Source of the DNA: Candidatus Hydrogenedentota bacterium
Lineage (GTDB): Bacteria > Hydrogenedentota > Hydrogenedentia > Hydrogenedentales > SLHB01
Assembly: GCA_963668025.2 (NCBI GenBank)
Contig: CAXXTH010000012.1
Location: forward strand, 1,537 to 65,536
Length of the DNA stretch: 64,000 nt
Reading direction: 5' to 3'
Part shown: piece after piece, positions 1 through 11,261 of the stretch
Position numbering within the stretch: position 1 is the first letter of the stretch
Layout of the letters: each line of letters opens with the position of its first letter
Program-made: the position numbers and the translations under genes
The notes under the pieces: generated by a model
Database searches by the model: none
Seen by the model: the letters and a program-made list of their open reading frames with translations, nothing else
Told to the model about the DNA's origin: nothing

Positions 1-194
1 TCGAGACGGCAGGGATCTACCAAACACGGGTGCAAATGGGCGGCGACGAGGTATTCGTGGCCGCATGCGCGGCAGGCCGCTTCAACGCCCAATGCAGTTC
101 GATTGAAGACCTATCGTTTTACCCAGCATTTTGCCTCGGGCTCGAATCCAGAATCCGGCTCGCTGCCGATTCCCGCTTATTTCCCGTTTGAGTA

Positions 195-850
195 AAAAAC
201 CACGCCCAGAGGACGTGGCTTTGCCTTTGGCCACTCAGAGAGTGGCTGAGTGCTTGCACCCAAAGGATGCAAGCGTGGGTTGTGTTCCGCAACACCGCTT
301 GGTTCAGTACTTCAATTTTAGCTGTTCATCGTGACGTTCCGCTTCTTCCTGGAACTTCACGTACTTGCGGATCATTTCTTCGTTAAGCCCCACGGTATCC
401 ACGCAATATCCAGGTGCCCAGAAATGATTGCCCCAATAGGGCTTCTTTTTCAAATGCGGAAACTGCTTGAATATCCGGATCGCCGTACGCCCCTTCAAAA
501 TGCCCGCCAGAATCCGATATCGACACCTTTGGCGGAACCATCACAAGCAAATGCACGTGCTCGGGCTGTACATTCAATTCGAGCACCTCGCATCCTTGCT
601 GCCCACAGAACATTTGGATACAGGTGTAGACCTCCTTGCCCACCGGTCCCGTCAAAACCCGGTAGCGGTATTTGGGCACCCATACCATGTGATATTGGGC
701 AATACCATATCGCATGTGATAATTTGCGGAAACGACTCATTGGCATCTCCTTCCTCGGTGTTGCGGAACAACACGAGTGTAGGGGGATGCCGATGGGCTC
801 AAACAGGCTGAGCCAAAGGCCCTATGACCACGTCCAAAGGACGTGGGTTT
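195..850 (-). mobile_element. IS200/IS605-family insertion sequence (ends approximate)
   Basis: A single IS200-type tnpA is flanked by subterminal hairpins with related CCAAAGG/CCAGAGG loops. These lie at 200-218, 230-246 and 252-274 on one side and at 828-846 (CCACGTCC-AAA-GGACGTGG) on the other. The ~0.65 kb size fits IS200-like elements. Confidence 0.6.
304..715 (-). pseudogene. tnpA: IS200-type Y1/HUH transposase TnpA, frameshifted
   Basis: ORF 383..715 reads MRYGIAQYHMVWVPKYRYRVL...EHVHLLVMVPPKVSIS (HUH motif). The expected continuation ILKGRTAIRIFKQFPHLKKKPYWGNHFWAPGYCVDTVG...IRKYVKFQE is in another frame (ORF 304..498). The frame change is near 500-525. Confidence 0.75.
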
Positions 851-870
851 CTAGGTCGCACTAAAATTCA

Positions 871-3412
871 TCATTGCTGCGGGGTATAGAACCAGATGGA
901 GCGCAGGTATTGGCCTCCCTGATTGGTGAGGATAATATCCACTCGTTGTGAAAGCCCGGTTTGCACTGCTTCTGGCAAGGTGAACCGGCTTTTTTCATGT
1001 GGATGCAATTCTATGTTCCATTGCTGTACCGGCGCGATATTGGGTGGTGTATCGCTGTCATTTGCCAGTACTACAATACGACTAAAACTGGCCGAAGCGT
1101 AATCGCGTTGGGCTGGCCGCTCGGCGGTCACGAGCAGCCGGAATGGCCCGCCGAAAGATGTCATATTCCCAATATGAACCCACTCCCAACGTAGGGGTGA
1201 GTTGTCCTGCATGGGGCGTAAACGCACCCACTCCTGCCTGTACTTGCATATGCATCAGGGAGGCCGCCTCGAAACGCAAAGAAGCTTGCGTTGCGGTATC
1301 GCCGCCCACCAGCATGCGCGCCATGACAGCATATTGGCCTTGCGGCAGATCACTTTCGGCGAAAACACTGCATTGCTCAGGATCATCCGGCTCGAAGAAA
1401 ACGGCCATGGCTTGCTCGTCCAGCGCATCACCGCAGTTCATTTCCCAGGTGTTGATGGGCCGCCAGCTTTCTTCTTTGGGTAGAAGCCTGCGAAAAGCCG
1501 CCGCCGTAAAGGTTTCAGCGGAGAGAAAGGCGGAGCATGTTAGCGCTTGAAAATCATTTGTTTCGTTCGCCACCGCGATTGTTGCAGGCCGCGTATCGGT
1601 ATCCGCACTCAAACCGACAACCGCCGGAGGCGTTTCCTCAAGGAACCGGGCGGCCGCTTCAAATGAATCCCGCCAATCCACGGCATCAGCGGCTTGAACT
1701 CGGCCATAAGCAGGCAAGGTGGCATCGCCGTAATCGGCCAGGCGCTCGACAGGAACAGTAGCATCACCGTTTTCAAGCAGCCGGTACCGGTATAGCGTGA
1801 TATCGTCGAAAGGAACGCGCAGCTCGCGAACAGCATGATGGTCAAGCCAATTGAGCATGAGGCGGGCATACGCAGGCCATTCGCCCATTTCCCACCAGGA
1901 CACAGTGAACCATATACGCTGCTTGCCGCGAATGATGTCTTCCAGGCGCTCGGGCATACTCTTTGACAACCGCCAGAGCGACTCCGCAGGAAAGCTGTTC
2001 ACTAAATTGCGCACGTCTTGGCGTCCGAATCCAGCCATATACTGTTCTTGAGGCAGGTAATACCAATACATGGGCATAAAGGTCATGTGCGTGAAATGGG
2101 CAATGGCGTCGCCAGGCTCGAAACCGGCTTTAATCATGGCGGCCACATCGCGATTGGCCGCTTTGTATCGCACCCCCAGGCGATGGTGGGGAGAAGGATG
2201 CTGGCGCTGGGCGTAATTATCCGCCAGCAAGGGCAGCGTCAATAGGCAAAAAGCGGCTATAACACTCCCTTGCTGCCAGCGGCGCGGCAAGGCGCATATT
2301 CCAGCGCTGATGCCGATGGCAAATGGTGTACGAGCTAAAAATAAACAAGCGATGCTGGTAATAATTGTGCGCCCGGTATTGCCACATGATGGTGCAAAAG
2401 GCAATGGGTAGAATGGTGGCGATGAGCAGGAACAACACCGCGCGGCGCTGGCGCCTAAGCGACCATATGCCCAGCGCGAAAGCGGCAAATCCAATCAGCA
2501 TTAACGGGCGATAAAACATAACGGATGGACTATATCCAGCAAGGAAGCTCTTGAAGGTAATCAAGCCGTCTTTGAATGTAAGGGGAGGATACCACTCGAT
2601 GGCCCTTGCTGGCCATTTGATCCATTCGCCCGGCGAGATAGAAGGCTGGCAGTGTAAGCAGCAGCACAACGCATTGCGAAATAAACCCATGCGGGCGTTT
2701 TCCGCTTATGCCAGGGAAGCACAGTGAGAAAATACACGTTAAAGACAGCAATCACCCATACAGAAAAATAATGTATATACATGCCCAAGCTCAATAAAAC
2801 AACCAGGCCGAGCCAGGAAGTTTTGCGGCCTGTTTCGAGGGCGCTGAGCAAGCATAGCAGCGCTCCAAGGGCAAGACAGGCATATGCGGTGTACGCACGC
2901 AATTCTTGGGCATAGTAAATTTGAAAAGGGGATATGGCAATAAATAAAGCGGCCACATAACTAGGCAGATCGCGCCTGGTGAGCATGCGGGTGGTAAAGA
3001 AGGCCAATGGCACGGTGAGCACCCCCAGAAACCACGAGGGCAGGCGGAAAAAGGCGTCATATGCCTCCGTCCGCAAGGGCGGGCTAGGGAGCATATGGGC
3101 GCATGCGCGCCAGCATGCGCTCAAAAAATAATAAAGGGGCGGTTCGATATTAAAGTTCGGATTGAAGTATAGCCATGGCTTCGAAACCAGATTGGCTCCC
3201 ATCAGGGTGGTGCCTTCGTCGTACCATAAACTGAACCGGCCCAAGGCGTATAGGCGCAGTCCTGCGCCAAGCAGCAGAATCAAACTGAGCAGGAGCCAGC
3301 CATGCCGGGAAAGCGGCAAATATGGAGGGCGGGGCTCGTCTGGCGGCTCGGGTATGTATGCATACAGTTTATCGAGTATCATGCCGGAGGTGTTCTCCAT
3401 GCCTGAGCGCAT
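871..3412 (-). pseudogene. PMT/ArnT-like membrane glycosyltransferase with a large C-terminal soluble domain, split over at least 4 frames
   Basis: ORF 2561..3412 is a multi-TM N-terminus with ...RLYALGRFSLWYDEGTT..., typical of PMT/ArnT-type glycosyltransferases. The TM-rich continuation lies in ORF 2217..2690, then ORF 1082..2494, then ORF 871..1227. The starts of the downstream ORFs look like out-of-frame junk, and the protein-like segments abut each other. Confidence 0.5.
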
Positions 3413-3870
3413 GGATTAAGCCGCCCGGCGGTTCTTGCGTCAAACCAATGGCGTGAGACATACGATTCTCCACTATGTGGGCCTTTGGAACAGGCAGCGA
3501 CAGGCCGTAGTATACCATATTGATTTTGCCTACCTGCAAGAACCGCCCCGCGATATCAGGGCAACCGCATTAAAAACAGCCCAGATATAGCCACAAAAGG
3601 CGCTGGGGCACAAGAAAATAACGTTTTTTGTGCTTTTTGAGCCTCTTGTGGCTAATTCTCCTGCTGTAGAGAAAAGAAATAAGGCATTTCAATGCGATTG
3701 CCCGAAGCGCCGTATATGCCACAACTTCATATTTGTGGTAGTATTACTGTATTAGATTTTTACATGGCTTCTTTGAGAAGAGATATTCGCATTCTTGCGG
3801 CCAGGAAGGGGTGTTGCTACTATGGCGTAATCGCACAACCATGAGGGGGAGCCGCGGCGCTGGAGAAGCA

Positions 3871-5196
3871 ATGGAAAACACAACTGGCCTAACAATGGAT
3901 AGCGGCCCTTGCCGCCTTTCTGTCCTCATCCCGAGCTTGAACGAAGCTCCCAATTTATACCGGCTGCTCCCGGTATTACGGGAAGCCTTGAACGCGATGG
4001 AGATCTCGTGGGAGATTCTAGTCATCGATGCGGATTCGAAAGATGGCTCGCGCAAAGTGGCCGAAGACAATCCCGGCGTCCGGTATATTCTAGAGGAAAA
4101 GCGGGGATATGGCGTGGCGCTGCAACGCGGGGCCGCCGAGGCGCGGGGCGAGTATCTGCTGACCATGGACGCCGATCTTTCCCACCCATCAAAATTCATC
4201 CAGGAGCTTTGGAAACGCCGGGAAGAGGCGGATATTTTGATCGCATCGCGCTATGTGGCGGGCGGCCATGCCGAACAGCCATTATTCCGGCTCCTGCTCA
4301 GCCGCATTCTGAACGCTTTCTTCTCGAAAGGGCTCGATGTGGGCGTCAAGGACATGTCGAGCGGATTCCGATTGTACCGGCGGGCCGCCCTCGAGTCGCT
4401 TCAACTGGAATTCACGAACTTCGTCATCCTCGTTGAGATCCTGCTCAAAGCCTTTGCCAAGGGCATGCGCATTGAAGAAGTTCCATTTCACTATAAGCCC
4501 CGGACGAGTGGTTCATCCAAAGCGCGCATCCTCCAGTTCGGCATGGATTACCTCCGGCTCTTTCACCGCACATGGCGCATCCGCAACTCGGTGGATTTTC
4601 CCGATTATGATTGGCGCGCCTACAGCAGCCGCATCCCCCTCCAGCGTTATTGGCAGCGCAAGCGCCACGAAATCGTGCTGCGTTTCACGCCGCCTATGGT
4701 GCCCACCTGCGATGTGGGCTGCGGCAGCAGCCGTATTCTGGCCGATCTGCCCCACGCGATAGGCGTGGATGTGCGCCATGACAAACTGGCGTTCATGCGC
4801 CGCACGAACACGCGCCTCGTGCAGGCAAGCGGATTGACGCTGCCTTTCCCGGACGCCGCGTTTGATGTGGTGATCTGTTCGCAGGTTATCGAGCATATTC
4901 CCGAGGAAAACGGCCGCTTGTTGGATGAACTGGCGCGCATTCTCGAACCAGGCGGCGTGCTCATTATCGGCACGCCTGATTATAGCCGGTGGGAATGGCG
5001 CGCCATGGAATGGTTGTATGCGAAGGCCGCCCCGAGCGCCTACGCGGACGAGCATGTGACGCATTACACCTTTGACAGCCTCGCCAAAGCGTTGGGACAG
5101 CGGGGATTCGCACTGGAAGAGCATGCGTATATCGGGCGGGGGGAATTGATCATTCGGGCGCGAAAACAAGCCCTTCCGGGTGAATCGGCCGTTTAG
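3871..5196 (+). CDS. Bifunctional GT2 glycosyltransferase (dolichyl/polyprenyl-phosphate sugar transferase-like) fused to a class I SAM-dependent methyltransferase
   Basis: N-terminal half: LSVLIPSLNEAPNL...ILVIDADSKDGS...GYGVALQRG...LLTMDADLSHP (GT2 signature). C-terminal half: CDVGCGSSRILADL...FDVVICSQVIEHIPEE...LEPGGVLIIGTPD (SAM-MTase motifs I, II and post-I). Start chosen at the ATG preceded by GGAG; the ORF opens at 3811. Confidence 0.8.
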   Translation: MENTTGLTMDSGPCRLSVLIPSLNEAPNLYRLLPVLREALNAMEISWEILVIDADSKDGSRKVAEDNPGVRYILEEKRGYGVALQRGAAEARGEYLLTMDADLSHPSKFIQELWKRREEADILIASRYVAGGHAEQPLFRLLLSRILNAFFSKGLDVGVKDMSSGFRLYRRAALESLQLEFTNFVILVEILLKAFAKGMRIEEVPFHYKPRTSGSSKARILQFGMDYLRLFHRTWRIRNSVDFPDYDWRAYSSRIPLQRYWQRKRHEIVLRFTPPMVPTCDVGCGSSRILADLPHAIGVDVRHDKLAFMRRTNTRLVQASGLTLPFPDAAFDVVICSQVIEHIPEENGRLLDELARILEPGGVLIIGTPDYSRWEWRAMEWLYAKAAPSAYADEHVTHYTFDSLAKALGQRGFALEEHAYIGRGELIIRARKQALPGESAV

Positions 5197-5882
5197 CGAA
5201 ACACTCGCCACGGAAGGTGAAAGAAGCTCAAAAGGGCCTTGCATAAGCCGACCATGTGTTCTTTGGCGCGCCAGAAGCCCGCGATGCGATGGGCCATGAT
5301 GGGCCTTGGCGAGTTTGTTTGATCCCGTCAGCTTCATTACGCGTTTGGCCTCGAATAGCCTTCTCTTCAGAATTTGCGCCCAACGAGTATGCTGGACACG
5401 ATGATATCGGCTCATACGAGAGGCAAGGTTTATTTTCACGTAAAACCGCTAAGCCGCAAAGGTCTATCAAAAACCAACGATAGGAATATCTCAGTACAAT
5501 CCTATATCCGTATGGCGAAACCGCATGCCATTGAAACATATTGTGATTCATTCGCGTCCATTCGCGGTTAAGAAAGCTGGCCGTTTGATCGCGGCCAATC
5601 CGTGCGGCGAATCTTGCACCATTTGAGGCCGCTACCCCCCCGTCCTACCGAAAGCGCCTCATTTTTTATTCGCGAACAAACGCATATTTGCTTTGTCTCG
5701 AAAGGCCCGATTCGGTACACTGGACGTGTTTTGTTTTGCGAGCCTGTCTTTCTGGATGAAAGGGATGGCGCACAGGAGGCAAGGAGGCTTGGTTGTTGAT
5801 TTCAGATTTCTCATGGCGGATGCGCCGAATGATTTCACGCCTGGCGCCTAAAAAGGAGGTGGGGGTGTATATAGATAATCTC

Positions 5883-6866
5883 ATGAAGGCGCTCGCGTCG
5901 ATTCCGCCGAGTTTGAGCGACGAGGAATGGGGGGAATTGTTTCAAGCGCTGGCAAAGGCTTGCCCGCCTTCCGTGGTGCAAAAGCTATGTGCGCCCCAGT
6001 ATTTTGCTATATGGGAAGCCGGCCGGATTCCATGTGACGCCCAATCATTATTACCAGCCCATTCCGGACTCGCGCACCATTGACCCCAATACATTTACCC
6101 GGCGTTCCGAACTGCCCGGCATAGAGTTGCGCGAAGCGGAGCAACTTGCGTTGGTTGGAGCAGTTTAGGCAGAAATACCGGGTGGAATATGAAGCTTTTC
6201 CGAAACACCCGCAGGAAGTGGCGCATCCGGGAGAATTCCATCTGTATAAACCGCATGTGCGGGCCGGTGGATGCAGAAATCCTGTATTGCATGGTGCGCG
6301 AGCATAAGCCGAAACGGATGATCGAGTTTGGCTCGGGATTCAGCACGCAAATCTCCGCGAGGGCGCTGGTTCAAAACCAGCAAGAAACTGGCGTGGCATG
6401 TGATTTTACGGCGGTCGAGCCCTATCCGAATCCCATGGTGCGCAAAGGATTTCCTGGCTTAACCCGCTTGAGCGAAACCTCTTGCCAGGAATTTCCTTTG
6501 GAGCATATTGAAGCCCTGGAAGAAAACGATGTTTTGTTTATCGATTCCAGCCATGTGCTCAAAATCGGCAGTGATGTGCAGCATTTGTTCCTTGAAGTTT
6601 TACCTAGGCTGAAAAAAGGCGTCGTGGTGCAAGTGCATGACATTTTCTTGCCCTTCGAGTATTCGAGTAATTGGGTGATGCGCCTGGCGGCGTTTCTGGT
6701 CGGAACAATATATTCTCCAGGCCTTCTTGATTTTTAATCGTGCTTTCAATGTCCTATGGGCAGGCAATTTCATGGCGACAACCCATAAAGATAAAATCGC
6801 CGCGGCGTTTCCCGCCTATCTCGGCAGTGGGCCCGGGCCGCATTCTGGATGCGCAAAATCGAGTAA
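5883..6866 (+). pseudogene. Class I SAM-dependent methyltransferase (Methyltransf_24-like), multiply frameshifted
   Basis: The protein-like sequence hops frames: MKALASIPPSLSDEEWGELF...(ORF 5793..6083) | GFHVTPNHYYQPIPDSRT... | EQFRQKYRVEYEAFPKHPQEVAHPGEFH | NRMCGPVDAEILYCMVREHKPKRMIEFGSGFST...(ORF 6189..6737) | FNRAFNVLWAGNFMATTHKDKIAAAFPAYL | ...FWMRKIE*. Confidence 0.55.
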
Positions 6867-6955
6867 TCGGTTATGAAATAGCGCCCATCGGGTGTATTAT
6901 TCTCATAAAAAGTGTAGTCGCCATGCAACACGCGGCATGCCGCATATGGAGGTGA

Positions 6956-7457
6956 ATGATGAGCATCATCGAACCCATCATTACGGAATTCGCCACCGAA
7001 TCGCAGAAAACCCGCAGCCCTGCTCGAGCGTGTGCCCGAGGAGCATTTTGGCTGGCAGCCGCATGAAAAATCCATGACGTTGGGGCGTCTCGCATCCCAT
7101 ATCGCCGAGACCCCCGCTTGGGCGGTTGTGATATTAAATACAGAAGAATTCTCCATGAACATGGAAACATATAAACGTTTCGAGGCGGAGAGCGTTTCCG
7201 AGCTGCTCGATGTGTTCGATAGAAATTGTACGAATGCCGCAGATGCCATGAAAGACCGTTCCGACGCGTACATGCAACAAATCTGGCGCATGAAGATAGG
7301 CGAAAGAACAGCTTTTGAAGCAACGCGAATCGAGGTCATCCGCGCCATGATCCTCAACCACGCCATTCATCACCGAGGCCAGCTTGATGTCTATCTGCGC
7401 CTCAAGGATGTGCCGCTGCCCGCCATCTATGGTCCCAGTGCTGACTCGGGGAGATGA
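6956..7457 (+). pseudogene. DinB-family (DinB_2-like) metal-dependent protein with one frameshift near 7015-7020
   Basis: GGAGG followed by an ATG gives MMSIIEPIITEFATESQKTRS. The frame then changes (an extra C in agccc), and ORF 7032..7457 continues ...LLERVPEEHFGWQPHEKSMTLGRLASHIAE...LNHAIHHRGQLDVYLRL. Confidence 0.65.
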
Positions 7458-7487
7458 AAAGCTCAGAGGCGGATTGAGCGCCGCTGG

Positions 7488-8561
7488 TCATCGCTGCTCT
7501 TTTTTATATTGGCGCTGCCATTTGGCGATTTGCTTCCATTTGCGTTCTTCTTCTATCTGGGCGCGCTGGTCTTGCTTGCGAGCCAGATATTGAAGTTCGC
7601 GCTGTAATTTCTTGTAACTGGCAAAACGCGCTTCATCGAGCGCGCCAATATCGAGAGCCGCCTGGACCGCGCAGCCGGGCTCGTTGGCATGGGTGCAATC
7701 CCGGAAACGGCAGTCTTCCGCCAAGGCCTCGATATCGGCAAACGCATGTTCGAGGCCTTCTTCCGTGCCCCACCAACTGGAGCTCCCGCATGCCGGGCGT
7801 ATCGAGCAGAACGCCTCCGCCGGGCACGGGGATAAGCTCCCGATGCGTGGTGGTATGTCGGCCACGGCTGTCATCGGCGCGCACTTCGCTTACTTGCTGG
7901 CGCGCTTCGCCTAAAAGCGCATTAATCAGGGAAGATTTCCCTACGCCAGAACTGCCGAGAAAGGCTACGGTCTGGCCGGAAACAGCGAACGGGCGCAAAG
8001 ATTCCGCGCCATCTTCTTCCACCGCCGAGACCGCGAACACGGGCACGCCGAACGCTATCGCCTGCACTTCTTCCACGATTTGCGCGATATCGCCGCATAG
8101 GTCCGCTTTATTGAGCACAATGACCGGCGCGGCTCCGCTCTCATAGGCGGCCGCCAGATAGCGCTCGATGCGCCGCACATTGTAATCTCCATCCAGGCCC
8201 GCCACGAGAAACACGGCATCCACGTTGGCCGCCGCCACTTGCGCTTCCGTCACCGTCCCCGGCTGCCTTGCGGATAAATGCGCTCCGCCGTGGCAATAGG
8301 GGCGTGAATGACCGCCTTTTCTTTCACCCGCGCAAGGCTCGAGCGCCACCCAATCTCCCACCGCCGGAAAATCCGCCGGGCTTTGGGCATGATGCCTGAA
8401 TGCGCCCGAGATCTCAGCGGTCCAAGTGGCATTTTCCCCCGAGGACGTAATAGATGCCGCGCGCGGCGCGCGCGATTCGCCCCGGTGTGCGCCCTTCTTG
8501 AGCATATGGATGGAACCGGCTTTTCCCATCCTGCATTCCAGCCTAGATCATTTAGATACAT
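7488..8561 (-). pseudogene. rsgA: Ribosome small-subunit-dependent GTPase A, frame-disrupted
   Basis: ORF 7633..8529 carries the circularly permuted GTPase motifs (VLNKADL, GSSGVGKSSLINAL, DTPGMRE). The C-terminal zinc knuckle CRFRDCTHANEPGCAV is in a different frame (ORF 7488..7874), with the shift near 7768-7778 at a G/C run. The N-terminal MYLNDLGW... is in a third frame (ORF 8250..8621). Confidence 0.75.
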
Positions 8562-8710
8562 TGGACAATAATCCCTTTTGTATGCGTTGCGCTTGCACGC
8601 TTTGCCCTCGCTCCTGTACATTCATTCACAGACTGAATCATATGGGGGTTCCCGGTCCTCGTTGTCCCATAATATAAAGAAAGGATGCGCATTCATGGCT
8701 ACAGAATCCG

Positions 8711-11240
8711 ATGCGGGCGGCCGAACGGCTGATTGGACTTCCTGACGCCCTGCGCCCCGGGAGGCTTACGCCCGCGAGCGATCGCTTCTCGATTGTGTCG
8801 GATGGGCCGCGATGCTTGGCGGCGCGCCCGTTCGATTACCGTAATCCCTTCCCTGTAAAGGCCTTCGAAGCCGCCCAGGATGAAGTGCGGGGAGCCCTCG
8901 GCTCATCGCATCAGCGCTCCTTGGCCAGCCCAGGATTCCGAGGATGCCTTCGAATACTTCGCCAATCCAGCGGCGGGGATTGGACTTCCAGGCGGCCCCG
9001 AGTGCGGCCTCGTGGATGGATATGGCACGCTGCGCGCCTATACGGGCGCATGGGCTTTTGCGCTGGGAGAAGAGGGTGTTGCGCCCCTCCTGTGTGTAGA
9101 TAAGGCTTCTCGGCCGGAAGGCGCTATCCATGGAGAAACAGCGAGCAAATCTTGCCGCTACCACATGAGTTATTTCGCCGCGGAAGCCCCCGATACGCCC
9201 AGCAGGCCTTTCCCGCTTGACGCCCGGGCGGAATTTTGCTGGGATGGAGGCATACAACCTCAGACTCGTAACATGATCTATTGCTTACGATGCCGCGCAT
9301 CGAGCAAGCTGGAGCGTCCCGCACGCGCCGTGTTGCAGCTCAGTTTACTCCCAAGCGCCTGCTTTATGCGCCGGGAGCGCCGATGAAGATGAAAACGGGG
9401 TCTTTCTGCCTCCTTGGAGTAAAGTGGCCCTCGAGCCTATCGGCAATGGCCGGTATCGCTTAAGCGCCGCACAAGGCACATCGAGTTTCACCCTCGCGCT
9501 CTTAATCGCGCCGGATTGCGAAATCGATAATGGCGCGGGCGCATGCGCGCATTGGCCCGCCTCATTGCCGGGCGCGCCCGGCACGGCGGCGCATCATGAG
9601 CTAATCCTGCGTAAAACGCTTATGCCAGAGACACAGGAGCTATTCACGTGGCTCATTCCGGCTTTTCCGATGCCAGGCCATGAAGAGCATGTCTTGTTAG
9701 GCGCTTCCGCGTCTCTGCTCGAGGCCGAGGCCTCTCGCTGCCTGGGCCAGCCCATGCGGCAAATCCCTGCTTGAATTGCCGGAACAAAAGGCGCAGTCCG
9801 CTTTTACCGCCTCCCTGCGTTATATGGATATGTGCGCCGCTTCTCTTGATGAGAGCCTATTTCCTACGCTGGGGCCGAGCGGCGGCAACCATGCATATGA
9901 CGAATGGGATTGCGCGGACATCCTCCACGCCTACGATCTGGCGGGCGAACACGGCTATACGGAACGCCTAATGGAATACAATTGGCTGCGCGGCCTGACC
10001 ACGGAGCGCGCGGGCGGCGGCATTGTGGGTGCAAGGCCGCCACTATGCCATCACCCAAAACCGGGAATGGCTCGAGCGCATGTTCCCGGATATTAAACGG
10101 CGCATGGCTTTTTTAATACACACCTGGGTGCGCCATAAAGACGAAAACGGCGGCTTGCTGCCTCCTACTGCGAAACCGGAGAACGAACAGATCGACGGCC
10201 ATACCGTCTCGCTGCATTTTTATGCCTTGGCGGGCATACGCTGCGCGGCGGGCATGGCCCGCGCCTTGGGTATGGAAAGCCTCGCGGCGAAGTGGGACGG
10301 CTTCTACTCGGCATTCCATGAGGCCGTATTCGCCCGCCTCGATGTGTTGCTGAAAGAAACGGATGGAGTGATTACCCCCTCGTTCGAGGGATTCGAGGCG
10401 AAATCCACCCTTCAGCGCATTCCCGGCACCCGCCGCAGCCGCCGTCTCGCGGGCCCATATGGCAAAACGGGCGGCTTTGACTGGCTCAACATCGCGGCGG
10501 TGTATCCCACGGAAACCATCGACCCCATGCACCGTTGGATAACCTCGTCCATCTCCCGCTGGGGCAATACGTATGTCGAAGGCCTGCTCCCGTATCCCGA
10601 GGAGGGCGATTTTGCATCGTTGCACACGGCGCTCACGCTTACGCTCGCCGAGACTTGGCTGCGCCGGGGTGATTATGCGGAAACCATCCGCGACCTCTAC
10701 GGCGTGCTGCTGCACACCTCACGCGGAAATGCCATGCCCGGCATCGCCGATTCATCCAGGCGCTTGGATAAAGACACCATGCCCAGCACGCTGGCTGCGG
10801 CGCGCCTCGTGCGGTTCCTGCGCAATTGCCTCGCCTATGAGGAAGGCGGGCGGCGGCTGCATCTCCTTGGGGGTTTTTCGCCAGCTTGGATGAAAGACGG
10901 AGCCGTTATTGCCCTGCGCAACGCTCCTACGGAGCTCGGTGCCATCTCATTCCGCACCCGCATGCGCATTGCAGCCCTGGACATGGAACTCGAGTTCCAT
11001 CCGCGCCCGCAGGCCGAAAGCATCATCCTGCATCTCCCGCCTTTCTTGAAAGAAACGCGTGTGAAAGTGGATGATACGCATGCCGAACAGGCCCATGGCG
11101 GATGGCTCGTTCCCCTAAATGCGAAGAACATCCGCGTTTGGTGGCGCGACGAGCCCTTGCCGGACATCTCCTACGAAGCCGTAGTGCGCGCGTATCTCGA
11201 TGATTACGAGAAACGAACCCAAGCAACGACGCTGTTTTAG
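8711..11240 (+). pseudogene. Large hypothetical protein, possibly (alpha/alpha)6 glycoside-hydrolase-like; N-terminal two thirds fragmented, C-terminal 405 aa intact (10023..11240)
   Basis: ORFs 8711..9103, 8880..9386, 9424..9774, 9776..10096 and 10023..11240 lie in shifting frames, and their protein-like segments read into one another (for example ...NWLRGLTTERAGG | LWVQGRHYAITQNREWLERMF). I do not confidently recognise the family. Confidence 0.4.
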
Positions 11241-11261
11241 CCGCTAGATGGACGGGGCGAT

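Noticed and set aside
3-191. An open frame at the left edge (…ETAGIYQTRVQMGGDEVFVAACAAGRFNAQCSSIEDLSFYPAFC…) that could be the 3' end of a gene truncated by the window.
   Set aside because: It is too short, I recognise no family, and its end abuts the IS200-like element. I cannot support it as a feature.
304-715. The idea that the IS200-like TnpA is a RAYT that mobilises the REP-like palindromes at 16.1, 32.6 and 60.4 kb.
   Set aside because: The transposase has classic IS200 sequence and size. It is flanked by its own different hairpins (CCAAAGG loops), is frameshifted, and none of the REP-like copies is adjacent to it.
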